Below, one piece after another: positions 1 through 12,725 of a DNA stretch of 64,000 nt. The notes under the pieces were generated by a model. It ran no database searches. It saw nothing but the letters and a program-made list of their open reading frames with translations, and was not told the DNA's origin. A program made the position numbers and the translations under genes. Source of the stretch: Eledone cirrhosa (taxonomy: Eukaryota); NCBI GenBank assembly GCA_964016885.1, contig OZ024746.1, forward strand, positions 34,286,001 to 34,350,000, written 5' to 3'. Numbering within the stretch: the first letter of the stretch is position 1; each line of letters opens with the position of its first letter.

Positions 1-668
1 AATTTCCGTTCCCTATTTAATTAATTATTATATCTCTTCAACTTTACGTGTGTTATTTCCGATAACAACGTTGTAGAATTCTAGGCATCTTACCACTTAA
101 TAAGTACCGCAAACGTTCGATTCAAAATCACAAACCTGCAGGGAATATTAATGATGACAATATACTTCGTGTATTTAACCACTGGGTAATTTTATTTTCA
201 TGAAATATTTTCTATTCATGACGACATACTCTCTGCTCTCTATCTATTTTTTCTATACTTAAATAAGACCGTCATTTGCTTTAAACAGCCCTCAAACACA
301 AACAAACTAATCCATACAACTTTATTCGAGAACAATCACCAGAACTATGCTGCAAACGGAACAGTAAACGTTGCACACGTACTTCAAAACCATATACTAA
401 TTCTCCCACCAATACAACTACCAACATCCTCTGACTACTAGTATGGGTGTTTCGTGAATAATCAGCCTGCAGCCACTGTATTACGTAAATTAAATAAAAA
501 GTTTTGCGTCTGATAACCTATTGTATAATTTGCAATGCATCCATCAGACATTGGCCAATATAATTATTATAGATACATAGACAAAAAAGATATATAAATA
601 GTTAGACATATAGAGGTAGGTACGTAGACAGAGAGATAGAGATATTTTGTTGAATTTAGGGTCCAAAG

Positions 669-712
<44 letters not shown>

Positions 713-714
713 GT

Positions 715-751
<37 letters not shown>

Positions 752-754
752 CGT

Positions 755-803
<49 letters not shown>

Positions 804-1608
804 TATGTAACTATAGATATCTGTTGTTAATCTACTGAAAATCTACGAGGTGTATATGGCTTGTGTGTAAGGAAGAGGTAATGCGGAATATATCAGATTA
901 ATGCTTTTCAAACAAATCATTTCCTTCAAAGCTTGTATTGACTAAATGATGGAATCTAGATGATATATGGTTAGTCGGATAATATCGCTTAGCTTGGCAC
1001 TTAATTCATTCTATCGGCTATAATTAAAATACCATTTGTTTGTTTGTTTAAATCGTATCCATTATTAGTTGTCCTACTCGATAAAAAAATTGTTTTTGCA
1101 TTAGGGTCAGAATTGGTCAGCATCTATTATTAAATCTAATGATTACAATTCTTCATTTAGCTGCAGTGTTGGCAACTGGAGCCTGTGTTATGAATGGTTT
1201 CAGTCCTTTGTCGCAAATACTCATGCCATATCAACTCTTTTTCGAATGTATTTGTAGCGTAATTATATGCTTGTTCAGTCTCCAGAAAGCATGTGAGTGA
1301 TGAAAATATATTTTTGTAAATGTGTATCATTTAAGATAGAATTAGTGAAGGTACATGGCTCAATGATTAACGCATTGGGATTACAATCGTTTGGTTGTGT
1401 GTTCCATTCTCGAACCGGGCTGTGCATGTTATCCTTAAGCAAGGCACTTTATGTCACTTATTTCATCCAAAAGTCGAAACAATTATTTATACGAAATTTC
1501 TTTTTTTAAAAATTAGTTATTAAAATCGAAGGGATCAAGAAGGATGTTATCTCACTAACATGACACATGCTTATATATATATAAATATATGTATATATAT
1601 GTATATAA

Positions 1609-1968
1609 AAGTTTTAATATAGATGAGATTCTACAGGAATAGAACTGTTTCATTCTTTAGAAATCCTCAGGAAACTGGCTTTCCAAAAGTAAATGTTGTG
1701 GTATTTATATCTTTTCAGGTGGTAGGAGAGAGAGAGAGTGGGATGGGTGGAGGTCATTGGTTGAAAGAAAAGGGAATTCATTAAAAGCCAATTCTTTAAG
1801 GTTATAATTTATATTTAGAGTGACAAAGGCAGAAAGAATTCTATAAACCAGTTCAAAATACTGGGTGCCTATCATATCATCATTGTCATATATAAATAAC
1901 AAAATAATAAATATATAAATAAAGAAATAAAGAAATAAAGAAATCATTATTGTCATATTTCTCTTAAG
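1609..1968 (-). mobile_element. Dispersed repeat (PLE terminus-like) with degenerate minimal HHR at ~1638-1676
   Basis: Reverse-complement homolog of 8455-8945. Motif CUGAGGA-UUUCUAAAGAAU-GAAAC. Confidence 0.7.
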
Positions 1969-2004
<36 letters not shown>

Positions 2005-2283
2005 ATATATCGTTATACTTGGGGAGGGTCCTATTTGTGTAATATTGCCAAAATTAATAACAGAACACACTCACTGTTTCGTTGGTTTTCGCTTCTCGCT
2101 GTCTTTTATATCGGTAATCTAACTTACTCGGTCCTCAATGTTGCCATTGACTGATCGACGGTCAAAAATAATACAGATACAATATAGACACATATACAAT
2201 ATAGACACATATATATAGTTTATCATAAATCTTTCGTTGCACATCTGCAACATCGTCAGTGGTGTTATTTTTTCCTCCTGTTG

Positions 2284-2303
2284 TATATATATTTATATAT
2301 ATG

Positions 2304-2386
<83 letters not shown>

Positions 2387-2399
2387 GTGTGTGTATATA

Positions 2400-2442
<43 letters not shown>

Positions 2443-2504
2443 ATGTGTATGTATGTATGTATATATATATATGTGTATGTATGTGTATATGTGTATATGT
2501 TTGT

Positions 2505-2562
<58 letters not shown>

Positions 2563-2642
2563 ATATGTATATATATATAAATATATATGTGTGCGTGTGT
2601 GAATGTATGTGTATATACGTGTATATATGTAGTGAGTGTATG

Positions 2643-2737
<95 letters not shown>

Positions 2738-2784
2738 TTGCATGTATATATATATATGTGTGTAGGTGTGTGGGTATGTATGTG

Positions 2785-2815
<31 letters not shown>

Positions 2816-2854
2816 GTGTATGTATAATATGTATATATATATATATGTATATTA

Positions 2855-2944
<90 letters not shown>

Positions 2945-2975
2945 ACATATATATATGTATATATGTATATATATA
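2284..2975. repeat. Compound (TA)n/(TG)n microsatellite
   Basis: Direct reading. Similar tracts at ~671-800, 4978-5194, 6318-6845, 8032-8435, 27900-28130, 49180-49350 and 52910-53060. Confidence 0.98.
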
Positions 2976-3028
2976 AATTAATAAAATAATGAATAAACAA
3001 AGATACAGTTCCTTATATTAAACAATTT

Positions 3029-3162
3029 ATCATTTTACGATCGTTTCTAGGATATTTATGTTAGTGTTGGTATGCATATCCTATAGATCTATGTAAAATG
3101 TTTACAAACTATCAGAGGGAATATACATACCTACACATATATATGCTGTCTTCAGAAATAAT
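3029..3162 (-). ncRNA. Type I hammerhead with long (~100 nt) stem II
   Basis: AUUAUUU-CUGAAGA-[long imperfect hairpin]-GAAA-CGAUCG-UA/AAAUGAU. Confidence 0.7.
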
Positions 3163-3610
3163 GATATTTGTTTATTGAAAAAAACCAACAAAGATTTAAT
3201 ACAATAGGTCTGTTTGGGAACAGGTTTTGAATTGACGAATAGAAAGATAGTGAAGGTCAAGATGGTAAAATAGTAGTAAAAGAACTTAAATTTATGGTTA
3301 GAGAAAGGTATATTTCAGTTTTGGATGGAAAGAATATTATGAATGAAAGATTGTTTTAGGGGTGAAAATAGGACATATGCTGACCTCAGAAATAATTATA
3401 TTTGTTCATTGAATGAAACCAACAAAGATTTAATATAGTATGTCTGTTTGGGAACAGGTTTTGAATTGACCAATAGAAAGGTAATGATTGGCCAAATGGT
3501 AAAATAGTAGTAATGGAAGTTTATTTTAGGGATAGAAGAAGGCAGATTTCAGTTTTGAATGGAAGTAGTATGAAGAATGAAAAGGTTATTTTAGGGGTGA
3601 AAATAGGTCA
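3141..3610. repeat. Diverged ~235 bp tandem duplication in PLE 3' UTR
   Basis: ATATGCTG..CAGAAATAAT...GGGAACAGGTTTTGAATTGAC...TTTTAGGGGTGAAAATAGG starts at ~3141 and ~3376. Confidence 0.85.
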
Positions 3611-4972
3611 GGTCACTTAAAGTTACACGAAAAGTTGCTGTTATAAAAGAATAATGCCAATGTAGATATCTAAGGAGACTAAAATGTTACGATAAATTTG
3701 TTAGTGAAAAACATATATATGGAATTTACATCTATGAAAAGAATATAAATTAATTTAAATTAAAATAATATAAATTAATTTAATTGATGGGTATATTTAT
3801 ATTGATAAAATTATATCAATGCATATATATATATGATAAATAAGAGTTAGATGTAATTGAAGAGTGCTGTTAAAGATGAGGGGAAACAAAAAAAATATAA
3901 AAGGAATATATATACATATATATATATATATAATTATTTGGGGGGGGGGGTAAATTTATTAGTGAGAAATAATAAATATATAGACATTTTAAGGAACATA
4001 GAATCATAACCTGAAATTAAAACATTATATATTTTTACTTAATGGTATCAATTTTAGGAAAAGATAGTTGTAAGAAGGAAAGTAAAATTATGTAGTTCAT
4101 CAGTAGTAGAATATTAATTATAGGTTAACTGAATTAAAAAAAGTTTTTATATTAATTTCTAAAATGTATATTAATTAGATTTATAATGTTTAAAGGTTTT
4201 TCTCAGTTTATGATTACACGATATTATTAATTCCTGTCGCTTATTTAATAGGATATCCTTGCATTTCATTATTTCAAAAAGTTCTTGGGAACACAATCTA
4301 CATTCATATCTATTATTGTGATAAAGCGTGGCCCTTTTGAGCACACTCCAGGTCAGGTCATAATCTATATTCCTCTTTCTATAATTATTAATTATTTCAG
4401 CTAGAGATGTTGTATTAGCTAATGCGGCATTTTAAAAACTATGTTTGTGGGTATTAAATCTTACTTTAAATTGGTTAGAGGTAGCTCCTATATATGAACA
4501 AATTGAGTCCTTAGTGTTAACTTTACATTTATATACTGTTATTAACAAGGCAAGTTCCTTTTAATGGGCAGTTTGCTTTGTTTCTACAGTTACAACTTTT
4601 TGTGAATCCTGTATCAGAGGGGATATTGTGGTTAGTTTGATGTACTGGTGGTATACTCATGTTTTTTTTTACATTTACATGCATTGTAGGCACTTATATT
4701 TTGTTTTATGTTTTTGATTGTTGAGTAGGAGAATTTAAGCGTTGATCTATTTAAAATTTGATGGTATTTGTGGTTTGGCGGGAAGTTCTTCTCTAGGATA
4801 TAACATTTTTTTTTAGGTATATTATCCTTAATTTGTAAATTAAATGGAGCATTATACCTCGTCTATTACGGTTTCGATGTTGTTTATTGTTTTTATAGGA
4901 TGTATCATTAGATCTATTGATTTAGGTGTTTTAGCTTGTTTATTAGGAGTTTTATTATTAACATTTATAAGA

Positions 4973-5006
<34 letters not shown>

Positions 5007-5058
5007 AGAACATATATATATGTATATACATATATATATATATATATATACATATATG

Positions 5059-5098
<40 letters not shown>

Positions 5099-5101
5099 TT
5101 T

Positions 5102-5190
<89 letters not shown>

Positions 5191-5196
<6 letters not shown>

Positions 5197-6320
5197 TAAA
5201 TCATGTCCTTAGAATTATTAGATAAATTATATACCATTTCCTCTTCCAATTAGCATAATTAACCATATAAAAAATTAATTAGACCAAGCTACAAGAAGAA
5301 AGGCTATTATGAATAAATCTCCGACAAATAACCGAAAGTGGTCTCTTCGCGGTGGCCCCAATAGAGTATTTATCCAACATTTCGACAGCATGTAGAAACT
5401 GACTAAATATACCATCAACCATACACAATTAGGTGTAAAATTAAACTTAGAAGAAATATGTACATACCGTAATTATATCTCTACCATGGTTTCATCCATA
5501 TTTTTAGACATCCAATTAATAGGAATGTCTTGAGTTAGGATTCATCAGGAGACAAACTGAAAATCAGACATTTAGTTTTCCAACTTGATTGCCCCCAAAT
5601 TAGATTAAAATATGGCTAAGAATCGCTATGTGGCTGTGGTCAAGCTAGAAAGAATGCGATTGGTTGCTTACGGCGGTTAGGCTTGTTGCTAGAAAGTGCA
5701 GCCAAATATCGCCAAATTGACTCTCAACCTAACGGGAGATTATTAAATATAAAGGTTTACATATACATAAAGTTATAGATATATATGCTGCAACTGGTCA
5801 CCTTTTGGCTCTATGAAGAATTAATAAATTAAATAATCAGAGCAATATATCATAAATCATGGCCTTGGAATTATTAGATAAAATTGGATGTCTAAAAATT
5901 GGATGTCTAAAAATACGGATGAAACCATGGTAGAGATATAATTACGGTATGTACATATTTCTTCTAAGTTTAATTTTGCACCTAATTGTGTATGGTTGAT
6001 GGTATATTTAGTCAGTTTCTACATGCTGTCGAAATTTTAGATAAATACTGTATTGGGGCCACCGCGAAAAGGCCACTTTCGGTTATTTGTCGGAGATTTC
6101 TTCATAAGAGCCTTTCTTCTTATAGCTTGGTCTAATTGATTTTTTTATATGTTTAATTATGCTAATTGTAAGAGGAAATGGTATATATTTTATCTAATAA
6201 TTCTAAGGATATGATTAATGATATATTGCTCTGATTATTTAATTTATTATTCTTCATAGAGCCAAAAAGTGACCGGTTGCAGCATATATATCTATAACCT
6301 TAGGTACATGTAAACCTTTA
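5191..6320. mobile_element. Non-coding HHR element: ~656 nt unit plus inverted partial copy, within (TA)n
   Basis: CATAAATCATG at 5195 and 5851 (period 656). ~5900-6320 is the reverse complement of 5191-5515 plus 5750-5850. No ORF. Confidence 0.85.
5476..5554 (-). ncRNA. Type I hammerhead ribozyme
   Basis: UGUCUC-CUGAUGA-AUCC..(AGACAUUC/GGAUGUCU)..GGAU-GAAA-CCAUGG-UA/GAGAUA. Confidence 0.88.
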
Positions 6321-6378
6321 TATATATATATAAATATATATGAATATATATATGTGTGTATATGTGTATATACGTGTG

Positions 6379-6460
<82 letters not shown>

Positions 6461-6599
6461 TATATATAGATATATATATATATTTGTGTATGTGTTTATG
6501 TATCTTGTATATGTGTATATATGTGTATTTCTGTAGATGTGTTTGTAAATGTTTATATATGTGTATATTTATATGTATGCATATATATATATATGTATA

Positions 6600-6640
<41 letters not shown>

Positions 6641-6683
6641 ATATATATATGAGTATATCTATATATATATATATATATATATA

Positions 6684-6766
<83 letters not shown>

Positions 6767-7320
6767 ATATATGTGTATAGTTATGCGTGTATACATATAT
6801 GTGTATATGTATAAATGTATATGTGTATAGATGTGTATATATGCATATCAGGGCAAAGGGCAAAGGAACTCTTAAGAGTCAATGGCCATCCAAAATCACC
6901 GGGAGAGATGACCCCTTAGTCTTTGTCAAGGCAGAATTATAGGAGAAGGAAAACTCTGATATAACACCTGCAACTCTGATGGTATCCAATGATGTTGACT
7001 TGTTCTTCTTTTTGGTAAATATCATCTTGGTTAAGAGAGTGGGACTGGCTTTGTGCAGTGCCTTTGCTCACTATAAAAGCTTCACGGCACAGGCATTGCT
7101 TTATATATGGAGATCTCTCTGCATTTGTCGTCACATGGTACGATGGTCCCAGCACTATGTATCAATAATTGTCACAAGTGTAGTGTTTGTACCAGAGTTT
7201 TCAAGTCGCTGGCTGGAGTAAAGAGTCACACTCGTTCAGCGCATCGGTAGGAGTTCTCCTACATGGATATAAAGTAGTGGCCGTACTCGAAAACGAGTTG
7301 GCAGCCACCATATATATGTG

Positions 7321-7407
<87 letters not shown>

Positions 7408-7430
7408 ATATATGCATGTATATGTGTAGG

Positions 7431-7489
<59 letters not shown>

Positions 7490-7490
<1 letters not shown>

Positions 7491-7920
7491 AGGTTTAGCA
7501 AATAATGAAAAAGTTTCAAAATAAATTTTAAAAAATTGACTTAACCTACTATAGTTACCTTTACCGATCGGTTTCGAATCCCAGAAATAAACGGGGACCA
7601 TACGGCCTTCGTTACAAAGAGAGATTCTCGTCAGAATGTTCTTTTCATTCGAAGAATATAAAATTTTTGAATTGAAATTACGAATTAGCGCTATTCAAAA
7701 CTGTTCCCGAGATGAGAGTGAATGAAGTGGAATCAATTTTTTCAAGGGCCGAAGTAAAGATAGAGGCAGAGGGAGGTAGGCCAAATCGGCCGCCACTATC
7801 ACTAGCAGCAGTCGGAACGACCAAATTTTTTCTCAACAATAGAGGAGAAAGTAGCTATAGTAGGTAAAGTCAATTTTTTAAAATTTATTTTGAAACTTTT
7901 TCATTATTTGCTAAACCTTG
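7490..7920. mobile_element. Short PLE-derived element with ~70 bp inverted ends and a hammerhead
   Basis: 7490-7562 is inverted at ~7848-7919. Lies between (TA)n tracts. Confidence 0.75.
7557..7639 (-). ncRNA. Type I hammerhead ribozyme
   Basis: ACAUU-CUGACGA-GAAUCUC..GGGAUUC-GAAA-CCGAUCGG-UA/AAGGU, with one stem I mismatch. Confidence 0.8.
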
Positions 7921-8031
7921 TTTATATATGTTCTGGCTCGTTAATTTATTAACCTGCCATTGAACCACATTGGCATTTGGTTGGACAATACATGCGTCCC
8001 TTAGCGCCTTGTGCGTGAAGGAACACATATC

Positions 8032-8064
<33 letters not shown>

Positions 8065-8132
8065 TGTATGTGTGTGTGAGTGTATGTATATAAATGCGTA
8101 TATATATGTATATATATGTGTGTCTGTATATG

Positions 8133-8179
<47 letters not shown>

Positions 8180-8231
8180 GTGTGCATGTATGTATATGTA
8201 TATATATATGTATATATTATATATATGTATA

Positions 8232-8306
<75 letters not shown>

Positions 8307-8363
8307 ATATGTGTGTGTGTATATATATATACATATATATATATATGCATGTATGTGTGTAGG

Positions 8364-8412
<49 letters not shown>

Positions 8413-8454
8413 TTGTGCGTGGGTGTGTGTGTGAATGTGTCTGTTGACACCTGG

Positions 8455-8945
8455 AATATAGCTTAAGAGAAATATGACAATGATGATATGATAGGCACCC
8501 AATATTTTGAACTGGTTTACAGAATTCTCTTGGCCTTTGTCACTCTAAGTAGAGCTTTAAAGAATTAGCTTTTAAAGAATTTCTCTTTTCTTTAAATCTA
8601 TCAACCATGACCGACCCCTAACCATCTTATATACACCTGAAATATAGGCATTGTTAGCTGAAGAGAAACTTAAAAATAAGGAGTGGCACCAATTCTGAAC
8701 ATGTTTATAGAATTCTTTCTGCCCATGTCAGTCTAAATATAAATTACTGCCTTAAAGAATTAGCTTTTAATGAATTCCCTTTTCTTTCAACCAATGACCT
8801 CCATCCATCCCACTCTCCCCCCTCTCCTACCACCTGAAAAGATATAAATACCACAACATTTAATTTTGGAAAGCCAGTCTACTGAGGATTTCTAAAGAAT
8901 GAAACTGTTCTAGTCCTGTAGAATCTCATCTATATTAAAACTTCT
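8455..8945 (+). mobile_element. Dispersed repeat with internal diverged ~190 bp duplication and degenerate minimal HHR (8877-8915)
   Basis: GUCUA-CUGAGGA-UUUCUAAAGAAU-GAAACUGUUC-UAG. Homologous to 1609-1968. Confidence 0.7.
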
Positions 8946-9011
8946 ATACTCTGCTATGTATTGAGTACCGTACTTACTGTGGTTACCTCCGATTCAACCC
9001 GGAATAACTTA

Positions 9012-9079
<68 letters not shown>

Positions 9080-9750
9080 GGTGTGGGTGTGTGTGTGAGC
9101 GTGGCCGTGTGTGTGTGTATGCGTGCATGCGTATATGTGTGTGTGTGTGTGTGTATATTGAATCCCTGACTCGTATTCACATTCTCAAAACGTATCGTAA
9201 TATAATTTTAAGTAATCCCATACAAAATGTAAGCTGAAAATGTTTGGAATTTGTATCCGTTCAGCAAGCTATTTACACAATGGTCGATATTTGAAAATGT
9301 TCGGAAATTAGTCAACGCAAAATATTATAGAAATGATATGTTATTTAGGTTATATATTGATACATACGCGTATAAGATCGATTCCGCAATGAATCAGTCC
9401 GGAAACGGATTTCTGTATATGTGTCATTAACGATGCAACACACGCATAAACACGGACGCACACATGCACACACACACACACGCACACACACACACACACA
9501 CATACGCACACCCAGATACCCTCACTCACGATGACCCACCGGACCGTATTGGAACCCACTAAAATGGCGAAACATTCTCCTGGTGAGTGTGTATATGTGT
9601 GATTTAGGTGAGGTTGGTTTCTCATTTCAATTTATACTTTTAATTTTAATTTTGTCCTATGCTTCTGGTAGCTTATATTCTCTTCACACTGGTGGTTTGA
9701 AATTCCTGTAAAGAAAAACGCACTCTTATGTGTCTTTCCCCTCTATATAT

Positions 9751-9798
<48 letters not shown>

Positions 9799-9898
9799 CA
9801 AGAAAGGAATTCCGCCAGCCTGAAAAGCTGAAACACTTCGTAAGATCATGTTACAACCTACAATGACCTTTTCTTTTAGACATGACGAATGCAGTTAT

Positions 9899-10001
<103 letters not shown>

Positions 10002-11525
10002 TGCAGTTTGTGACGTGTGTTTGTGTCTACATATCAGCACCTGTTTAAAACGACGAGCTGTGAAATAAAACATATTCTGTTCGTGAATTCAAATATGAGA
10101 CATGCAACAGACGCATTCACCTTCTCAATTAACAGATGGACTGAGCGTAAGCCAGGTTGTGATATGTTAACATAATTTTACCAGCTGAGTAAGGAAATAA
10201 AGTATCTGCAAGGAACCAAATCCTCAGCGTGTATAGAATTCACGATCTCGAGTTCTTAGCTAAACACTTTAATGACTGAGCCATTAGGCTTGACTTTTCT
10301 GTTAGATATTACGTGATGACTACACTGCAAAGAATTGAGAGAGATAATTATTTTATACAGATATGTAATGTTGAACTCTCTTATCTTTCAGTATTACTCC
10401 GTGTACTGTATAAACCGAAGTGCCACAACCATGTACCGAAGTCGAAACCTGTAGTCATGTATAATTGTGTCGGTCAGTATCATAAGAAATGAATCATTCA
10501 CATACTTATGCACAATATAATCACATCTATGAAAATATTTGCCCCTCTCTTTCTTTTATTTGTTCTATCTTTATATAACTGCTAATGACCAAAAACCAAA
10601 TAAAGAAAAGAATCCTACGTTTTTTTAAAAAAATAATGTCTGTTAAAATACGTGACATCTAAATAAATAAAATTGAAAAAGAGAATCTTTAAACAAATTA
10701 ATTATGTGAATTATTTTTAATAATGTTTCAATTTTCTGCTATTTTGGGATGTAAGTTGATTTAGCAAATTCAATTAAATGCCATTATCACACTTCACTCT
10801 ACCTCGCAAGAACACTATACTCCCTGTAAACTGACCTAAACACACTTCGGATTAGCATTCAACTCTTTCTCATTTTGTGTGTATGCGTTTGTCAGTCGGT
10901 TTTGTGTATGTGAATATGTATGCGTTTGTCAGTGTGTATGTATATGTGTACGTGTATGTATGTCTTTGTCAGTGTCTGTGTATGTATTTGTCAGTGTGTG
11001 TGTATGTGTTTGTCAGTGTACGTGTATGTGAATGTGTGCGTGTGTATTTGTGTCTTTGTCGAGATTTATAGTGCTTCTATATTTCATAATTTAATTCTTT
11101 AAATACTTCTTAAATCTCCAATTATGTGCTGAGTCAGTGAATCAGATTTCAATACTAGCTGATAATTTTATTTTTCATTTTATATACGCTGTTGATTAGC
11201 TTTCTCTGTAATGTATTATCATTTGCATTTAGAATGTTCTATTTATCCTTACGTTTCAATTTTTGGATATGATTTTTTCCAATGTTCGTGCAATGCCACT
11301 GAACTGGATTTCAATCCCTATTAGAATCATATACTTTCGTTTACCCTCCCATAAAATTTAGAATATTATGATTAACGGACATATATTCCACACACATTCT
11401 TTTTTCTTACGCAAATAGGACTATATGGATTGTCTATTTCTGAACATTTTTTGAATATTTATTTTTATTTAGAGGACAACCGTGTTTAAGTTAAGACAAT
11501 TCAAAATGACATTATTGCAATCATT

Positions 11526-11707
11526 AATAATTGTTTCTACTTTTGGCACAGGGCCAGCAAATTACTGGTACTTTATTTTATCGACCCCGTAATGATGAAA
11601 GGCAAAGTTAACTTCGGCGGGATTTGAACTCAGATCATAAAGGGAGGTATCTCCATGCTTCAAAGCATGGCGTCCGACCCTCTACCGATACTGCCAATTC
11701 ACTGCCG
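11526..11707 (-). mobile_element. tRNA-derived SINE
   Basis: Same family as 36780-36968. Confidence 0.88.
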
Positions 11708-12382
11708 TATTGCAATCCTTAATAATAATATTAAATACATTTAAAGACATTGGTAAAGAAATGAAATGCATCAGCTACTTATGTAACTATTTTACATACA
11801 TAATTCACCAGAATTATAAAACAAAATTAACGTTTACTACACCATTAGACCGTTCAGATATAATGGTGGATAGAAAATAAAATAAAAGGAGTGAACATAT
11901 ATTGAGAATATGCACTAAAATTCATCCGAATGATGTTAGATTTTACTGTCTCAATCATAGTCTCAATAATGCAGATCTGAAATTTTATTTGGATACCTTC
12001 TACCATATTGCTTATGAAGATTCGCAAGGTGACTGAAAAATGTTAGCCAATGGATTAAGCCATATTCAGATTTTGTAATTTCGATACGTGATTCATATAA
12101 TAGTTAATCAACAAGAGAACTGATTCAAATGCTTGCAACAGAGTACATTCTGCCAAAATCAACCAATGGCTAAGTGGTAATTTTAAACTCAGTTTTAGTT
12201 AAATAGACAAATCCCGAACATGTAGACAAGCTGAATTGTCAGTGTTAACTTGGGCGGGGAAGAACAAATTTATACAAGGCATCCAGTCCTCAGTATGTCG
12301 TCAAGCTGAGCAGGCTTGCGTTTTCCCAGCTGCTGACTTAGAGCTGATTGATTGTAGTAGCCAATCACATTTTGCAACAATA

Positions 12383-12725
12383 TACGAAGGGGCTTCAAAA
12401 TGTTAATGGAAAGGTTACATAGCTAAAAGTCATATGCAGGGATTTTAATCTCAATGCACATGTATGTTAACGTACTAACGTGTCATAACATGTTCTAACA
12501 CCAACCTTGAATGCATGTTGCAACGTGGCACAGCCAGTCGGAATTCAGCACCCGCTTGAGCAACGTGGCCTCCATAAATTCATGGTGAATCTAGGGTGAA
12601 AGAGCAGCCAAATCTTTGACGTTCCGGAGCAACATTATGGGGGCAATGTCCCCAAAAAATCAACAGCTTACAAATGGATAACTCGTTTTAGAGAGGGAAG
12701 AAACGAAGTTGAAGATGATCTCCAG
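12383..12725 (+). mobile_element. 5' end of Hsmar2-like (irritans) mariner transposon
   Basis: TA + CGAAGGGGCTTCAAAATGTTAATGGAAA resembles the Hsmar2 TIR. Translation KFMVNLG*KSSQI..YGGNVPKKSTAYKWITRFREGRNEVEDD matches the mariner N-terminal HTH (from memory). Confidence 0.85.

Larger units (their letters stand above)
2990..4975 (-). mobile_element. Decayed 5'-truncated Penelope-like element (linker, GIY-YIG, 3' UTR)
   Basis: Minus-strand translation with stops and frameshifts: [91 protein letters not shown]. Homologous to the 674 aa ORF. HHR at the 3' end. Confidence 0.9.
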
